A stretch of 64,000 nucleotides of DNA, taken from sequence record SRR20825019_2407, one strand, 5' to 3'. A model generated the notes under the pieces. The model was given only the letters and a program-made list of their open reading frames with translations. It was not told the origin of the DNA and did no database searches. Below, in pieces: positions 48,216 through 58,988 of the stretch (positions within the stretch are counted from its first letter, which is position 1; the number at the start of each line of letters is the position of its first letter). Position numbers and translations under genes: made by a program.

Positions 48216-48746
48216 ATGTTAACAGAACACGGTAAAGCACTGCATCAGACGTGGGAGGCCCTACCCAGGCGCTCTGGCGAGCAGCTCCCTGTCTGGCAGG
48301 ATATCAAGGCCGCCTGCATCGCCCCCATCATGAAACATCTTTGGGTGCTGGAATATCAGCCGCCTGAAGCATTGATCGTGCGCTTCATGGGTTCGGAGGT
48401 CGTCCGAATCGGCGGGCAGGACAACACCGGAAAAGACTTTCTGAGAACCCGTACTGCGCCTGAAAACAGAGAAAAAATGCTCAAGATATACAGCACATGC
48501 TGGCAAACACCTTGCGGCGCCCAACTCACACGTATTCTGCGGAACAAAGGACAGGATACACAGCTGCTTCAAACTGTGTTCTTCCCGCTTGCCCACGAGG
48601 CTGATGGGCAATGGGCGCTTTTGGGCATGAGCGAGATCGTCAAGATCGCACCAAACGCCGAGGACGCGGGTATCGCAGACTATGCAGACAGCGAGTTACT
48701 ACCGCCCGAGTTTATCGACATTGGATACGGCACCCCTAAACCCTAA
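48216..48746 (+). CDS. PAS_5-like domain protein
   Basis: W..LP...LP, RFMGSEV....G.D.TG, typical of alphaproteobacterial PAS_5 proteins. Confidence 0.65.
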   Translation: MLTEHGKALHQTWEALPRRSGEQLPVWQDIKAACIAPIMKHLWVLEYQPPEALIVRFMGSEVVRIGGQDNTGKDFLRTRTAPENREKMLKIYSTCWQTPCGAQLTRILRNKGQDTQLLQTVFFPLAHEADGQWALLGMSEIVKIAPNAEDAGIADYADSELLPPEFIDIGYGTPKP

Positions 48747-50302
48747 GGCGTTACCTTGGCGTCATTCTCGTCATCAAAGGTATGACCATAATCAACCGCC
48801 ACGCCGTACTTCGGATCCTCAACCTCCGACGCCCGCACCATGGTGCCAGCCTTCTTAAGCAGCTTCCTGCAATCTGCACTCAGGTGCCTGAGTTGCAATG
48901 TTTTGCCTGCCCGTTCGTATTTATCGGCAAGGCTATCGATAGCTTGCAGACCGGAGTGGTCCAGCACCCGTGACCCGACAAAATCAACAATCACTTCAGC
49001 AGGGTCAGATTTCGGGTCAAACAGGTCAGCGAAGCTTTCAATTGAACCAAAGAACAGTGGGCCATTGAGGCTATAGACCTTGCGGCCCTGCTCATCCATT
49101 TCAGACCGCGCAGAAATCCGGCGCGAGGCCTTCCAGGCAAACACAAGTGCGGAAAAGATCACGCCCACAACAACGGCAATGGCCAGATCGCTGATCACCG
49201 TAACCGCAGATACAAGCACAAGCACGAAGGCGTCAGTGCGTGGAATTTTATGCATGATACGGAAGCTCGACCACGCAAAGGTGCTGATCACCACCATGAA
49301 CATCACACCCACAAGGGCCGCGAGCGGTATCTGCTCAATCGCACCCGATGCAAACAGGATAAACGCCAAGAGGAACATCGCAGCAGACCCGGACGAGAGC
49401 CGCGTGCGACCACCGGATTCGATGTTAATCATGCTTTGGCCAATCATCGCGCACCCGCCCATGCCACCAAAAAAGCCTGTCACGATATTGGCTGCACCTT
49501 GAGCCGCACATTCCTGGCTCGCACCACCTTTTGTGTCTGTAATCTCCGCCACCAAGTTGAGCGTCAGCAACGATTCGATCAGGCCAATCGCCGCAAGGAT
49601 CACTGCGTAGGGCAGGATGATTGTGAGCGTTTCCAAGTTAAACGGCACAGTGGGGATATGGAATGCAGGCAGATCACCAGCGATAGAAGCCAGATCACCA
49701 ACACGCCCGACATCAAGGTTGAAGACTGTAACGACCACCGTGGTCACAAGGATACCAACAAGAGGCGCAGGTATGAATTTGAGGAAACGACCGGCCAGAA
49801 CAATCACCGCCATGGTGGCCGCAACGAGCGCCAGCATCAGGTAAAGCTTCTCACCAGTGAGCCATACAGGCACACCGTCCGGACCTGCGATCTTGAACTG
49901 CCCAAGCTGGGCCAGAAAAATCACGATCGCAAGACCGTTCACGAACCCAAGCATCACCGGGTAGGGCACCATGCGGATAAATTTACCAAGGCGAGCTATC
50001 CCCGCCACCACCTGTATGATGCCCATCAACACAACGGTCGCAAACAGATACTCGACACCGTGGTTGATCACGAGCGATACCATCACCACAGCCAGAGCGC
50101 CGGTCGCACCGGAGACCATGCCCGGTCGGCCGCCAAACAGCGCCGTAATAAGCCCCACGATAAAGGCTGCATATAGCCCCACGAGCGGATGAACATGTGC
50201 GACAAAAGCAAAAGCCACCGCCTCAGGCACAAGTGCCAGAGCCACCGTTAGGCCGGAAAGCAATTCGGTTTTAATGCGGGCCGGAGTGAAGGAGACGGTC
50301 AT
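48743..50302 (-). CDS. SulP family inorganic anion transporter with STAS domain
   Basis: GLTVALALVPEAVAF, GGRPGMVSGATG, GGCAMIGQS, GPLFFGS. Confidence 0.93.
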   Translation of the reverse strand: MTVSFTPARIKTELLSGLTVALALVPEAVAFAFVAHVHPLVGLYAAFIVGLITALFGGRPGMVSGATGALAVVMVSLVINHGVEYLFATVVLMGIIQVVAGIARLGKFIRMVPYPVMLGFVNGLAIVIFLAQLGQFKIAGPDGVPVWLTGEKLYLMLALVAATMAVIVLAGRFLKFIPAPLVGILVTTVVVTVFNLDVGRVGDLASIAGDLPAFHIPTVPFNLETLTIILPYAVILAAIGLIESLLTLNLVAEITDTKGGASQECAAQGAANIVTGFFGGMGGCAMIGQSMINIESGGRTRLSSGSAAMFLLAFILFASGAIEQIPLAALVGVMFMVVISTFAWSSFRIMHKIPRTDAFVLVLVSAVTVISDLAIAVVVGVIFSALVFAWKASRRISARSEMDEQGRKVYSLNGPLFFGSIESFADLFDPKSDPAEVIVDFVGSRVLDHSGLQAIDSLADKYERAGKTLQLRHLSADCRKLLKKAGTMVRASEVEDPKYGVAVDYGHTFDDENDAKVTP

Positions 50303-50495
50303 CTTTTTATCCAGAAAACTGATTGGGGTTGAACAGCCAAACGCTGGCCACCGGGCACGGATGCCCTAAAAATCAGGATGCCTTCTGCGCTATTTGGCGC
50401 TGAAATGCAAGCCTACGGGGGATTAGTTCAAAGCACAGAACCCAAGGTAGCCCGGACTGTTACATTGCGTAAAATCGGAAACAGGTATTGGCCAA

Positions 50496-50768
50496 TCAGG
50501 CTTCCAGCGGAATTTCGATCGCCGTTTCGCCAGCGTCCAGCATGTACACCACGGCAAACATGGCAATTTTTCCCATCTCTTCCGTCACCTGCCCGGCATC
50601 CCGCGCGTGCATATATCCGCTGATCAGGCTGGCTGCTTGCCCATGGTCCATCTCAACCTCGCTGAGCAGGCCCAGAACAACCTCATAGTCATTCTCTGAA
50701 ACATCAAAAGTGCCGTGAAGAAAGGTCTCTCCGTCCTTCAGGACTGTTACGGACAGGCTTTTGGGCAT
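50496..50768 (-). CDS. Hypothetical protein (90 aa)
   Basis: ATG with a GAGGA RBS and protein-like composition. It fills the sulP-kefC gap. Confidence 0.65.
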   Translation of the reverse strand: MPKSLSVTVLKDGETFLHGTFDVSENDYEVVLGLLSEVEMDHGQAASLISGYMHARDAGQVTEEMGKIAMFAVVYMLDAGETAIEIPLEA

Positions 50769-50833
50769 GGGAAATCCTCATTCGGCTTTTGGCCATAAGT
50801 TCGGCCCTTTAGTGCCCGCCACTGTCCGCCTTG

Positions 50834-52633
50834 TCAACGCCAGTCTTTGTCAGATGTAAGCTCGGCTTCATCCGCGTTCATGAGCCTTTCAAGCTGCTCG
50901 CGCGACTTTTTTGCGTAGTCGATAGACTTCTTCTCATCACCCCTGAACGCCGCAGACGCTACCAGCATCTTTTCATCATAGGTGCGGAACCTGTGAGCAG
51001 CCCGGTTGGCTTCGTGTGCGCCAAAACCCAGCTCCCTTAGCGCCAGTTCCCCCAGCTCAAGCGCAGACGCAAACGTCTCTCGCTTCACTAGGGTCACGCC
51101 CAGTTCGCGCAGGTCGTTCACATTGGGTCGGTTCCGCGCCCGCGCTAAAATCGTCAGGTTAGGGAACTGCTCACGCGCCGCCTTTGCGGCTGCCAATACG
51201 GCATCAGCATCATCCATAGCCAGCACCAGAAGTCGCGCCTTATCAGCCCCCGCAGCCTCAAGAAGGTCGAGCCGGGTAGCGTCACCGTAAAAGACCTTGT
51301 AGCCAAATTTGCGGATAAACTCGATATGGTTGGGGTCGTGGTCAATGATGGTAAGCGGCATTTTAAGCGACATCAGGAAACGCCCGATGATTTGCCCGAA
51401 CCGGCCAAACCCCGCAATGATAACATGTTCCTGATTTGCCACCACGTCACTGGGGCGCAGCTGCTCATTACTCGCCAACTGGCAAAAGAAACGATCATAA
51501 AAATAAAGGAGAAGCGGCGTCGCCAGCATGGAGAAAGTAGCAACCACCACAAGGAGTGCCGCCAGCTCTGGCTCAACAAGGCTGGCGCCTAGCGCCACCG
51601 AGATCAGAACAAACGCAAATTCACCGCCCTGAGAGAGAAGTGCTGCCAGCAGCAACCTGTCTGTCCGCACATGTCCCGCAAAACGGCCAATTGGCAAAAG
51701 AACCAGCATCTTGACCGAGACCAGAAGTGCGACGAGCCCAAGCACGACCAATGGCCGCTCCACCAGCAGGGAGAAGTCGACCGACATGCCAACCGCAATA
51801 AAAAACAGCCCGAGCAACAGGCCCTTGAACGGCTCGATATTGAGCTCCAGCTCGTGCCGGTACTCCGATTCCGCCAAGAGCACGCCTGCGAGAAATGTGC
51901 CTAGTGCCATCGACATGCCAACCGCCTCAGCCAGCAAGCCGGCGCCAACCACCAAAAACAGCGAAAAGGCGGTGAATATTTCCCTGAGCCGGGTAGAAGC
52001 GATAAAGCGGAAAATTGGCCTTAGGGCAAAACGTCCGCCAACAACGATAAGGGCAAAAAAGGCAAACACCTCAAGCGCAGCTGTCCAACCGTCCACACGC
52101 GAGCTATGCGCGCCCGGCTCAAGAAGCGGCACGATCGCGAGGATCGGCACCACGATAATGTCCTGGAAAAGCAGGATAGCAAAGGCAGACACGCCCACAC
52201 CCGCCCGCGCAAGGCCGCGCTCTTCAAGCGATTGCAGCGCGATAGGCGTCGACGACATGGCAAGGGCTGCGCCCGAAATCACTGCAGCGGTGAACCCCAG
52301 GCCCAGCCCAAGACCCACAAGAGCCAGCAAAAGCGCCGTGCCCAATACCTGCATGCCCCCAAGCCCGATTGCGGGGCGCCGCAGTTGCCACAACTTCTTA
52401 GGATTAAGCTCAAGCCCGATCAGAAACATCAAAAGGACGACGCCAAACTCGGAGAATTTGAGGATGGCGTCCACATCGCTGATCAGCTCAAACCCCCAAG
52501 GACCAATAACCATACCCGCCACCAGATAGCCTAGCGCAGCGCCGAGACCGAGACGTTTGAAAATTGGCACCGCAATGATCGCAGCACAAAGATAAATCAG
52601 CGCACTTCCGAGAAAGCTTTGCTCCATGATCAT
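50834..52633 (-). CDS. kefC: Glutathione-regulated K+ efflux antiporter KefC/KefB
   Basis: CPA2 TMs, YRHELELNIEPFKGLL, KTN domain GFGRFGQ, YGDATRLDLL. Confidence 0.9.
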   Translation of the reverse strand: MIMEQSFLGSALIYLCAAIIAVPIFKRLGLGAALGYLVAGMVIGPWGFELISDVDAILKFSEFGVVLLMFLIGLELNPKKLWQLRRPAIGLGGMQVLGTALLLALVGLGLGLGFTAAVISGAALAMSSTPIALQSLEERGLARAGVGVSAFAILLFQDIIVVPILAIVPLLEPGAHSSRVDGWTAALEVFAFFALIVVGGRFALRPIFRFIASTRLREIFTAFSLFLVVGAGLLAEAVGMSMALGTFLAGVLLAESEYRHELELNIEPFKGLLLGLFFIAVGMSVDFSLLVERPLVVLGLVALLVSVKMLVLLPIGRFAGHVRTDRLLLAALLSQGGEFAFVLISVALGASLVEPELAALLVVVATFSMLATPLLLYFYDRFFCQLASNEQLRPSDVVANQEHVIIAGFGRFGQIIGRFLMSLKMPLTIIDHDPNHIEFIRKFGYKVFYGDATRLDLLEAAGADKARLLVLAMDDADAVLAAAKAAREQFPNLTILARARNRPNVNDLRELGVTLVKRETFASALELGELALRELGFGAHEANRAAHRFRTYDEKMLVASAAFRGDEKKSIDYAKKSREQLERLMNADEAELTSDKDWR

Positions 52634-53169
52634 TCTCTCTCCCGCGTGAGCGCTGTCAGTTGATCGATATATTTATCAGCGATTTTGGCCCGTTCCGATG
52701 TATTCAACCCGCGCGCTGCATGTACGATAAAACTGGGAAGTATCTTCATGCCACAAAAAGTCGCGGTTTGCTTAAGTGGCGTTAGATATGTGTCGATATG
52801 CGCACCGTGAGGCTGGTCTTCCGCATAGGACGTGACGTCGCCCCCCGTGCTGGCGGTGATCATGAACTCCTTGCCCGCAAGCGCGGTGCCGCCCTTGCCA
52901 AATGCAAAACCGGGAGTGAGAACACTGTCCTGCCATTCCCGGATGATGGACGGCACATTGAACCAGCGCACGGGAAACTGCATCAACACAATATCACTGT
53001 TGAGAAGATGCTCCTGCTCAGCCGCAGTGTCGATATAGAAATTCGGATAGAGATGGTACAGGTCCCGCACCACGACATTTGGCAAAGCCGAAAGGCGCTG
53101 CATCAAATATGCGTTCAGATATGAACTTCGCGGACTTGGGTGGGCATAAAGCGCCAAAATACGTTTCAT
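52630..53169 (-). CDS. kefF: KefF/KefG ancillary NAD(P)H oxidoreductase
   Basis: LYAHP, DLYHLYPNF.ID, QFPVRWF..P, GFAFG. Overlaps the kefC start. Confidence 0.85.
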   Translation of the reverse strand: MKRILALYAHPSPRSSYLNAYLMQRLSALPNVVVRDLYHLYPNFYIDTAAEQEHLLNSDIVLMQFPVRWFNVPSIIREWQDSVLTPGFAFGKGGTALAGKEFMITASTGGDVTSYAEDQPHGAHIDTYLTPLKQTATFCGMKILPSFIVHAARGLNTSERAKIADKYIDQLTALTRERE

Positions 53170-53251
53170 AAAAGAGCGGCCTTCAGGTGGATACGGGATC
53201 AAGTTTAAGGCCGAGACCACGCCTACACCAGTACCGCCATCAAAATATTCT

Positions 53252-53277
53252 CTAAACCCGAGTTAAAATGTTATTAA
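53252..53277. promoter_or_regulatory. Putative CtrA binding site(s)
   Basis: TTAA-AATGTTA-TTAA (53263-53277), an exact TTAA-N7-TTAA, overlapped by CTAA-ACCCGAG-TTAA (53252-53266). Confidence 0.5.
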
Positions 53278-53392
53278 TATAAAAGATGCATAGTCACATG
53301 CTTCGGTGGTGCGGGTGTGAGTGGGCACCTCTCCCTGCCGGTGTTGTTGTAACGGTGTAGTCTTCTCTCACGTCAAAAAGATGGGCGGTAAA

Positions 53393-53767
53393 ATGAAACT
53401 TTCTGCATCTTCACTTATCAAGGCATCAATGCTGGCAGCAGCACTGGTTTTTGGCACATCTGTTTCACATGAAGCATTTGCGGACGCCATGTCTGACTGG
53501 CAAAAAGCCGTAGTTCATAAGGTAGCAGCCAAGCAGGTCTATCCACGCATGGCCGTGGCCCAGCAGATTGAAGGCAAGGCCAAAGTCCGGCTGACTGTAG
53601 CCGCCGATGGCACGATCAGTCATTTTGAGATCGTTGAACCCACAGGCGAAGACGTGCTGGATAAATCGATTCCCAAATTGGTGGAACGCCTGAGCCCTTT
53701 GCCAGCACTGCCCGATGGGCAAAACGAGCTGTCTTTCATGCTGCCCCTTAACTGGTCACTTGATTAA
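53393..53767 (+). CDS. Stand-alone TonB C-terminal domain protein with signal peptide
   Basis: MKLSA...EAFA signal followed by YPRMA....IEGKAKVRLTVAADG...G..VLD. Confidence 0.8.
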   Translation: MKLSASSLIKASMLAAALVFGTSVSHEAFADAMSDWQKAVVHKVAAKQVYPRMAVAQQIEGKAKVRLTVAADGTISHFEIVEPTGEDVLDKSIPKLVERLSPLPALPDGQNELSFMLPLNWSLD

Positions 53768-54650
53768 AGGGTTTGTGTGCCTGACCGGCGAGAGCCAGTT
53801 CAATCTGCGGTGCCCTATCAAGTATATATTGCCGGAAGGCTCGCATCCGCGCGGCCGCCCGCATATCCCTGTGTGATAGAAGCCAGACATCCAGTGTCGC
53901 CTCCGGCTCACTAATCCTTACAAGTTCCGGATAGGCGTCCGCAAGCAGGCAGGGCACATAACCGATGCCCGCACTCTTCCTGATCATGGAAAGCTGTATC
54001 TGCACATTGTTGAAGTGCCCCCGTATCTTGAGATCAGGGAAAGGGGAATGCGCGACCCAATCCGGACAATCAACCGGGTCACCCCAGGCGATCCATCTGG
54101 CGCCACTCCCCGCTACATGAGGGTCGTGTTCTGCCAGATAGTCTTTCGCGCCGTATATTGCCTGATGTACATTGCCTAACCTGCGCCCAATCAGATGCTC
54201 GGGCGGGGCAGCCGTAAACCGGATTGCGACATCCGCCTCCCGTTTCGAGAGGTCAAACACCTGCATCGAGTCTTCGATTTTGAGCCGGATATCCGGGTAT
54301 TGGTCCATAAAACCAATGAACAGATCTGTGAAACACCCAATCGCCAACATGGCGTCTGGTAATGTGACTCGGACTTCCCCGCTGAGCGCATCATCCCGCC
54401 CCGCTACAGCACGTCCGAAACTATGCAGATTTTCATCGGTTGAAAGGGCTGTTGGCATCAGTTCTTCGCCCGCCTTTGTCAGCCGAAAACCATCCGGTAA
54501 CCGATCAAATAGCCGCACATTCAATGCATCTTCAAGTGCATCGATGCGCCGTGAAGCTGTGCTGTGGCTGATGCCCAAATGCTTCGCCGCCAAACGCATT
54601 GAAGGCGCTTCGGCAACGGCGAGGAAAATTTTGAGATCGTCCCAGTTCAT
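53748..54650 (-). CDS. LysR family transcriptional regulator
   Basis: MNWDDLKIFLAVA...AA..LG.SHST.SRRI..LE, DLSKREADVAIR. Confidence 0.92.
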   Translation of the reverse strand: MNWDDLKIFLAVAEAPSMRLAAKHLGISHSTASRRIDALEDALNVRLFDRLPDGFRLTKAGEELMPTALSTDENLHSFGRAVAGRDDALSGEVRVTLPDAMLAIGCFTDLFIGFMDQYPDIRLKIEDSMQVFDLSKREADVAIRFTAAPPEHLIGRRLGNVHQAIYGAKDYLAEHDPHVAGSGARWIAWGDPVDCPDWVAHSPFPDLKIRGHFNNVQIQLSMIRKSAGIGYVPCLLADAYPELVRISEPEATLDVWLLSHRDMRAAARMRAFRQYILDRAPQIELALAGQAHKPFNQVTS

Positions 54651-54729
54651 GGTGTGAATTTGCACCACATATGCGACTGTCGCAATAATATACTGCACCA
54701 CTCAACAAAGATGTGATTGGTCCCAGAGT

Positions 54730-57700
54730 CTAGAAGTCGACAACCACACCAATGTAAAAGCGCCGCCCGATAACATCATAATATTCGGGGAATGTATCGC
54801 CAACGGAACCGCCATAGATTGCATTCGGCTTCGTATCCAGAAGGTTACGAACACCGCCGTAGATCGTGGACTTTTGGCTAATGCGGTAACGCGCAGACAG
54901 GTCGTGATACCAAACAGATTTGATCTGAACATCATCAACCGCATCCGGGTTGGTGGCCAGAATAGCCTGCATGGCCGCCTGATTGGAGATAACACTGCTG
55001 CGGAACCGGGCGTCCCAGTCAATAGCCCAATCGCCAACACCAACGCTCATGCCAACCTGAAAACGGTGCTTTGGAAACCTTGCCGAGCCACGCTGGTGTA
55101 TAATGGGCGCTTCGTCAGATGCCTGCCAATCAACTTTATGGTTGTAGGCGTAGCGGCTAACCACCGAAAGCTCATCAATAAAGCCAAAGAGCCGGTTGTT
55201 CTGGAAGGTCGTGACATACTGAAAATCAACATCCATTCCCTCAAGGGTTTGACGGCCTCGGTTGATATAGGTTGTCTCAATAGCAAACAGGCGGCCGGTA
55301 TCTCGCTCTCTGCGGATGTATCGCTGCCCGGTAACCGGGCTAATACCACAAAATCTGTCGCTCAGGCCTTCGCTCTCGTAACAGGCTGACAGGATATCCT
55401 CTCCCGAAGACGGCACAATCAGGTTGTCGATCTCCATACGATAAAGATCTATGCCAACCCTGAACCGCCCGGGAATCGCTGAAGAAGCATCTTCGCTGTC
55501 ATACACAAAACCAAGTGTAAAATTGGTCGAATGCTCTTCCTTCAAGTTTGGGTTGCCAAAAATAAGACGCTCAACCAAGCCAGGGCCAGTGTTACTCGTG
55601 CCTCCCACACCAAGAAGCCCTGTGGAGGCACAATTCTCTTTAACGGTGTCAGAAACATCAGCCCCTTTGGCGCATGGATCCGCGTAGCCCGCAAACGTAT
55701 TCGGCCCTGCCGAGAAAAGCTCGGCAATATTCGGGATACGGCGACCTTCCTGATATGAAACCCGGATCCCAAATCCGGACACTGGTGACCACAGCCCGCC
55801 CAAATGCCAGTTGGTAACTGACCCTACAGTCGACGCGGATGAAACTCGCCAACCCGCTGTCATTGTGAGTTCTTCTATCGCCGGGATATTTGCAAGGAGT
55901 GGCAGTGTGATGTCCGCATAAGCGTCATAGACACTAAAGGAACCGGATGAACCCGGGTACCGGAGCGTACCCGCCACTGGGCGCTGTACCAGGGTACTGT
56001 CCGGCACGTCATCAAGGCCTTCGAACCGGTATTCGACGCCAAAACTTACCCGGGCAGGCTCCTCGGTAAATAGCTCAACCGGACCCGCGAACGCGGCGCT
56101 TACAATGTGCTGGTCTGCATGCAGACGCCTGACAGCATCCGGCGCTGTGAGAAAGTTGATCTGATCCAAGCTCATCGCATTGGCCCCGAAGGGGTTAATC
56201 AAGGTACAACCGGCAACCCCGCTGCAAAGGTCAGGGTCAACAGCCGCCTGATAATTGGTCAAATCCAGCAAGCCGGAACGAACTTCCGTTACCTCACTGC
56301 GCCCGAATTGATAGTAAAGATCATATGACCATTCTGGCGCCAGCATACCTTGCAGCCCCAGCATGGACCGTATCGTTTGCCTTTTGATTTTCGTTCGGCG
56401 CGGACCAAGTTCAATAAACCGGCGCTGAACGATCAAACCGTCTACATCGGGGATATCCGCCAATATGTCCCTGAGATCATCGGAAACATAAGGGTTGGTA
56501 ATTGGTATGGTAATCAGGGTGTCTTTATCGACCAACAACCCGCTGGAGTAATAGACCGGTATAGGTGCAAGCGTGGTGGTTACATTGGTCGTCGCGACAC
56601 TATTCTCGAATATCAGACGGTCACCAGATGAAAACTCATATTTAGCGTTCAGCGTACCAAAAACGCGACTGAGGGGGGTTACGAGCGTCTGGCGGTCAGC
56701 ATAATTGTAAAGTTGTTCTTCGCGACCCTCAAACTGCCGCAAGCTCCGGCCTTGGATGTCAAAGAAGTAATATCCATCAAGCTCCACTTCCTTGCCACTG
56801 CTGTTGACCACTGTTCCAATCGCGGCTTGACCACCAAGCGAGCTACCGCCAAAACCGGGCAGGAACTCAGCGCCGGGGGTCGCCAGAGATGCCTGCCAGC
56901 CATTCAGCGCAAAACCGCTTGGATTTTGGGTCAAGGAGCGAGAATTCATCATAAGGCCCGATTGATAATCAATCGCCAGGTTTGCAACAATGCTGCCTCT
57001 GCCTTCAGCAAACTGGGTGCCGTAGGTCAGCGAGCCAACAATCTCTTCCCTGTCTCTCTTGCCGCTTATTCCAGTTTGGACTGCGGCCGTTATTCCCTCA
57101 AACGTATCTCTGAGCTTGAAGTTGATAACGCCTGTCACGGCTTCACCGCCAAAGGACGTCGCGGCACCACCACTCACCAGTTCGACACGCTCCACAAGAC
57201 CCGCAGGTATGGAGTTCAAGTCAACACCATAGAGCGACTGGTTACCGCCGTATGTGGGAACAAACCGACGACCGTTGACGAGCACCATGGTGCGTTCAGG
57301 ACCAACACCACGCAGGTCTGCCATATTCAACCCAGCCACTGTTCCAAACAGCGTGGTGTTTGCTGATGTCACGTCGCTCAGCATCGCAGGCAACTGGAAC
57401 AGATAATCGGAAACGTTGATATTGCCGCTGAACTGTATGCGCGTGCCGTCAAGCGACATTGTTGGCTTGAACTTGAAATAAGGTGGATTGCTGGTACGGG
57501 TACCAACAATAAGGAGCTCATCAACAATCGCGTTGGAATCAAGCGCCAGAGCCTGTAGTGTGCCGTAGGTATCGCCTGTCCCAACGCTGGCCAACACTAC
57601 TTCCTTGGGTAGCTCCTCTGGCACGATCGCAAGCATATCGCCGCCCACGTCGACCGCACGCAGACCTGTACCATCCAGCAGCAAATGAAGAGCGACCTGA

Positions 57701-57936
57701 GCCGTATAATTGCCGTGCAAATCACGCGACTTTTTATTGTCGACAATGCGGCTATCAAAAACCAGTGCGAGGCCGGTCAGGTCTGTAAATTCAATGAGGG
57801 CGTCGGCAAGGGGTTGCGTAGCGAAGTTGAACTGCACGTGGGTGTTCAGGCCAGCAAATTCCTCTGCCAACACAGAGGAAGACAGTAGTATCGCCATTAC
57901 TCCCGCAGATACCGTCGTTTTCAACTTCAAAGCCAT
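54730..57936 (-). CDS. TonB-dependent receptor with N-terminal signalling (STN) domain
   Basis: Signal peptide, STN (QPLADAL...LLDGTGL), plug (LRGVGPERTMVLVNGRR), terminal Phe. Confidence 0.92.
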   Translation of the reverse strand: MALKLKTTVSAGVMAILLSSSVLAEEFAGLNTHVQFNFATQPLADALIEFTDLTGLALVFDSRIVDNKKSRDLHGNYTAQVALHLLLDGTGLRAVDVGGDMLAIVPEELPKEVVLASVGTGDTYGTLQALALDSNAIVDELLIVGTRTSNPPYFKFKPTMSLDGTRIQFSGNINVSDYLFQLPAMLSDVTSANTTLFGTVAGLNMADLRGVGPERTMVLVNGRRFVPTYGGNQSLYGVDLNSIPAGLVERVELVSGGAATSFGGEAVTGVINFKLRDTFEGITAAVQTGISGKRDREEIVGSLTYGTQFAEGRGSIVANLAIDYQSGLMMNSRSLTQNPSGFALNGWQASLATPGAEFLPGFGGSSLGGQAAIGTVVNSSGKEVELDGYYFFDIQGRSLRQFEGREEQLYNYADRQTLVTPLSRVFGTLNAKYEFSSGDRLIFENSVATTNVTTTLAPIPVYYSSGLLVDKDTLITIPITNPYVSDDLRDILADIPDVDGLIVQRRFIELGPRRTKIKRQTIRSMLGLQGMLAPEWSYDLYYQFGRSEVTEVRSGLLDLTNYQAAVDPDLCSGVAGCTLINPFGANAMSLDQINFLTAPDAVRRLHADQHIVSAAFAGPVELFTEEPARVSFGVEYRFEGLDDVPDSTLVQRPVAGTLRYPGSSGSFSVYDAYADITLPLLANIPAIEELTMTAGWRVSSASTVGSVTNWHLGGLWSPVSGFGIRVSYQEGRRIPNIAELFSAGPNTFAGYADPCAKGADVSDTVKENCASTGLLGVGGTSNTGPGLVERLIFGNPNLKEEHSTNFTLGFVYDSEDASSAIPGRFRVGIDLYRMEIDNLIVPSSGEDILSACYESEGLSDRFCGISPVTGQRYIRRERDTGRLFAIETTYINRGRQTLEGMDVDFQYVTTFQNNRLFGFIDELSVVSRYAYNHKVDWQASDEAPIIHQRGSARFPKHRFQVGMSVGVGDWAIDWDARFRSSVISNQAAMQAILATNPDAVDDVQIKSVWYHDLSARYRISQKSTIYGGVRNLLDTKPNAIYGGSVGDTFPEYYDVIGRRFYIGVVVDF

Positions 57937-57989
57937 TCGCCGCTTTCAACACTCAGCATTAACGCCCCACAGATCGAGAATGCCGATGT

Positions 57990-58988
57990 TTACTCGTTTT
58001 GGCTGGCGTACAAAAGAATAACACCGTCAATACGCTTTACGGCCATCAAAGAGAAGGCAGATTCGAGCGCATCGACGACAACATTCTGATCATTCAGGTT
58101 GAATGTGCCAGTTACGGGCAAGTTTGCAATGTCTTCATCAGCTATTTCGAGTGGCACTTCGAAGTAACGGTTGAGGTCTGCAACAACTTCAAATAATGGA
58201 GTTTTCTCGTACAGAGCTTTTCCTGTGCGCCATGCAAATACCGACGTCTCATCAAAGTCGCTCACGATAGCGTCGTTCATGGACGGCATGTGCTCAACCT
58301 GCTGGCCTTGCGTCAATCGCGCCAGTTCCTTGGCAGGCTGCCCACCCCGGGTGTGCTGCGATACCGCTACCAAACCGGAAAGCACAGAAACCAGATTGGA
58401 CGACGCACCGAGGCGCACGTTGAACTGGGTGCCCAGTACAGTGACGTCTGTCTTGCCAGCGTTCACCACAAATGGGCGCTCTTTATTATGCGACACATCG
58501 AAAAAGGCTTCACCGCTCTCAAGGCTTACATGGCGAATGCCATCGCTAAATTCGGCTTTAAGTTTTGAATTGGTGTTGAGCTGTACTCTGCTGCCATCTT
58601 CCAGTTGCACAACCCGACGCTCGCCAACAGCGGTCTCATAAATTTGTGCATCAGGCGCGGGCGACCACATAGCAACGCTCAGCGCAACTGCCGCAACGAA
58701 AGTTGCCGCGATAGAGGTAACACCAGCAAACATCCGGCGACTGCGCTTGTCGTCCACGGCGGCATTCAGCTCTTGTACCATCTGGTCGGCGAGCACGTGC
58801 TCACCCACATGGTCCAGCTCGACAAGCATTGCCTCAAGCTCAGCCTGCGCGGCATCCTGAGCCTGGTCTTCTGCTCTCCAGTCTGCATTCGCGCGCTTCT
58901 CCGCCGCTGAGACCTTTCCGCTCAGGAGCTTCGAAACCCAGGCTGCAGCCTGTTCATGTATGTCCAACCGTTGATTCATCGTCATCAT
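57990..58988 (-). CDS. fecR: FecR family anti-sigma/sensor
   Basis: AAAW, TM, TAVGERR..LEDGS..LNTNS, GEAFFDV, VLGTQFNV, AWRTG. Confidence 0.9.
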   Translation of the reverse strand: MMTMNQRLDIHEQAAAWVSKLLSGKVSAAEKRANADWRAEDQAQDAAQAELEAMLVELDHVGEHVLADQMVQELNAAVDDKRSRRMFAGVTSIAATFVAAVALSVAMWSPAPDAQIYETAVGERRVVQLEDGSRVQLNTNSKLKAEFSDGIRHVSLESGEAFFDVSHNKERPFVVNAGKTDVTVLGTQFNVRLGASSNLVSVLSGLVAVSQHTRGGQPAKELARLTQGQQVEHMPSMNDAIVSDFDETSVFAWRTGKALYEKTPLFEVVADLNRYFEVPLEIADEDIANLPVTGTFNLNDQNVVVDALESAFSLMAVKRIDGVILLYASQNE

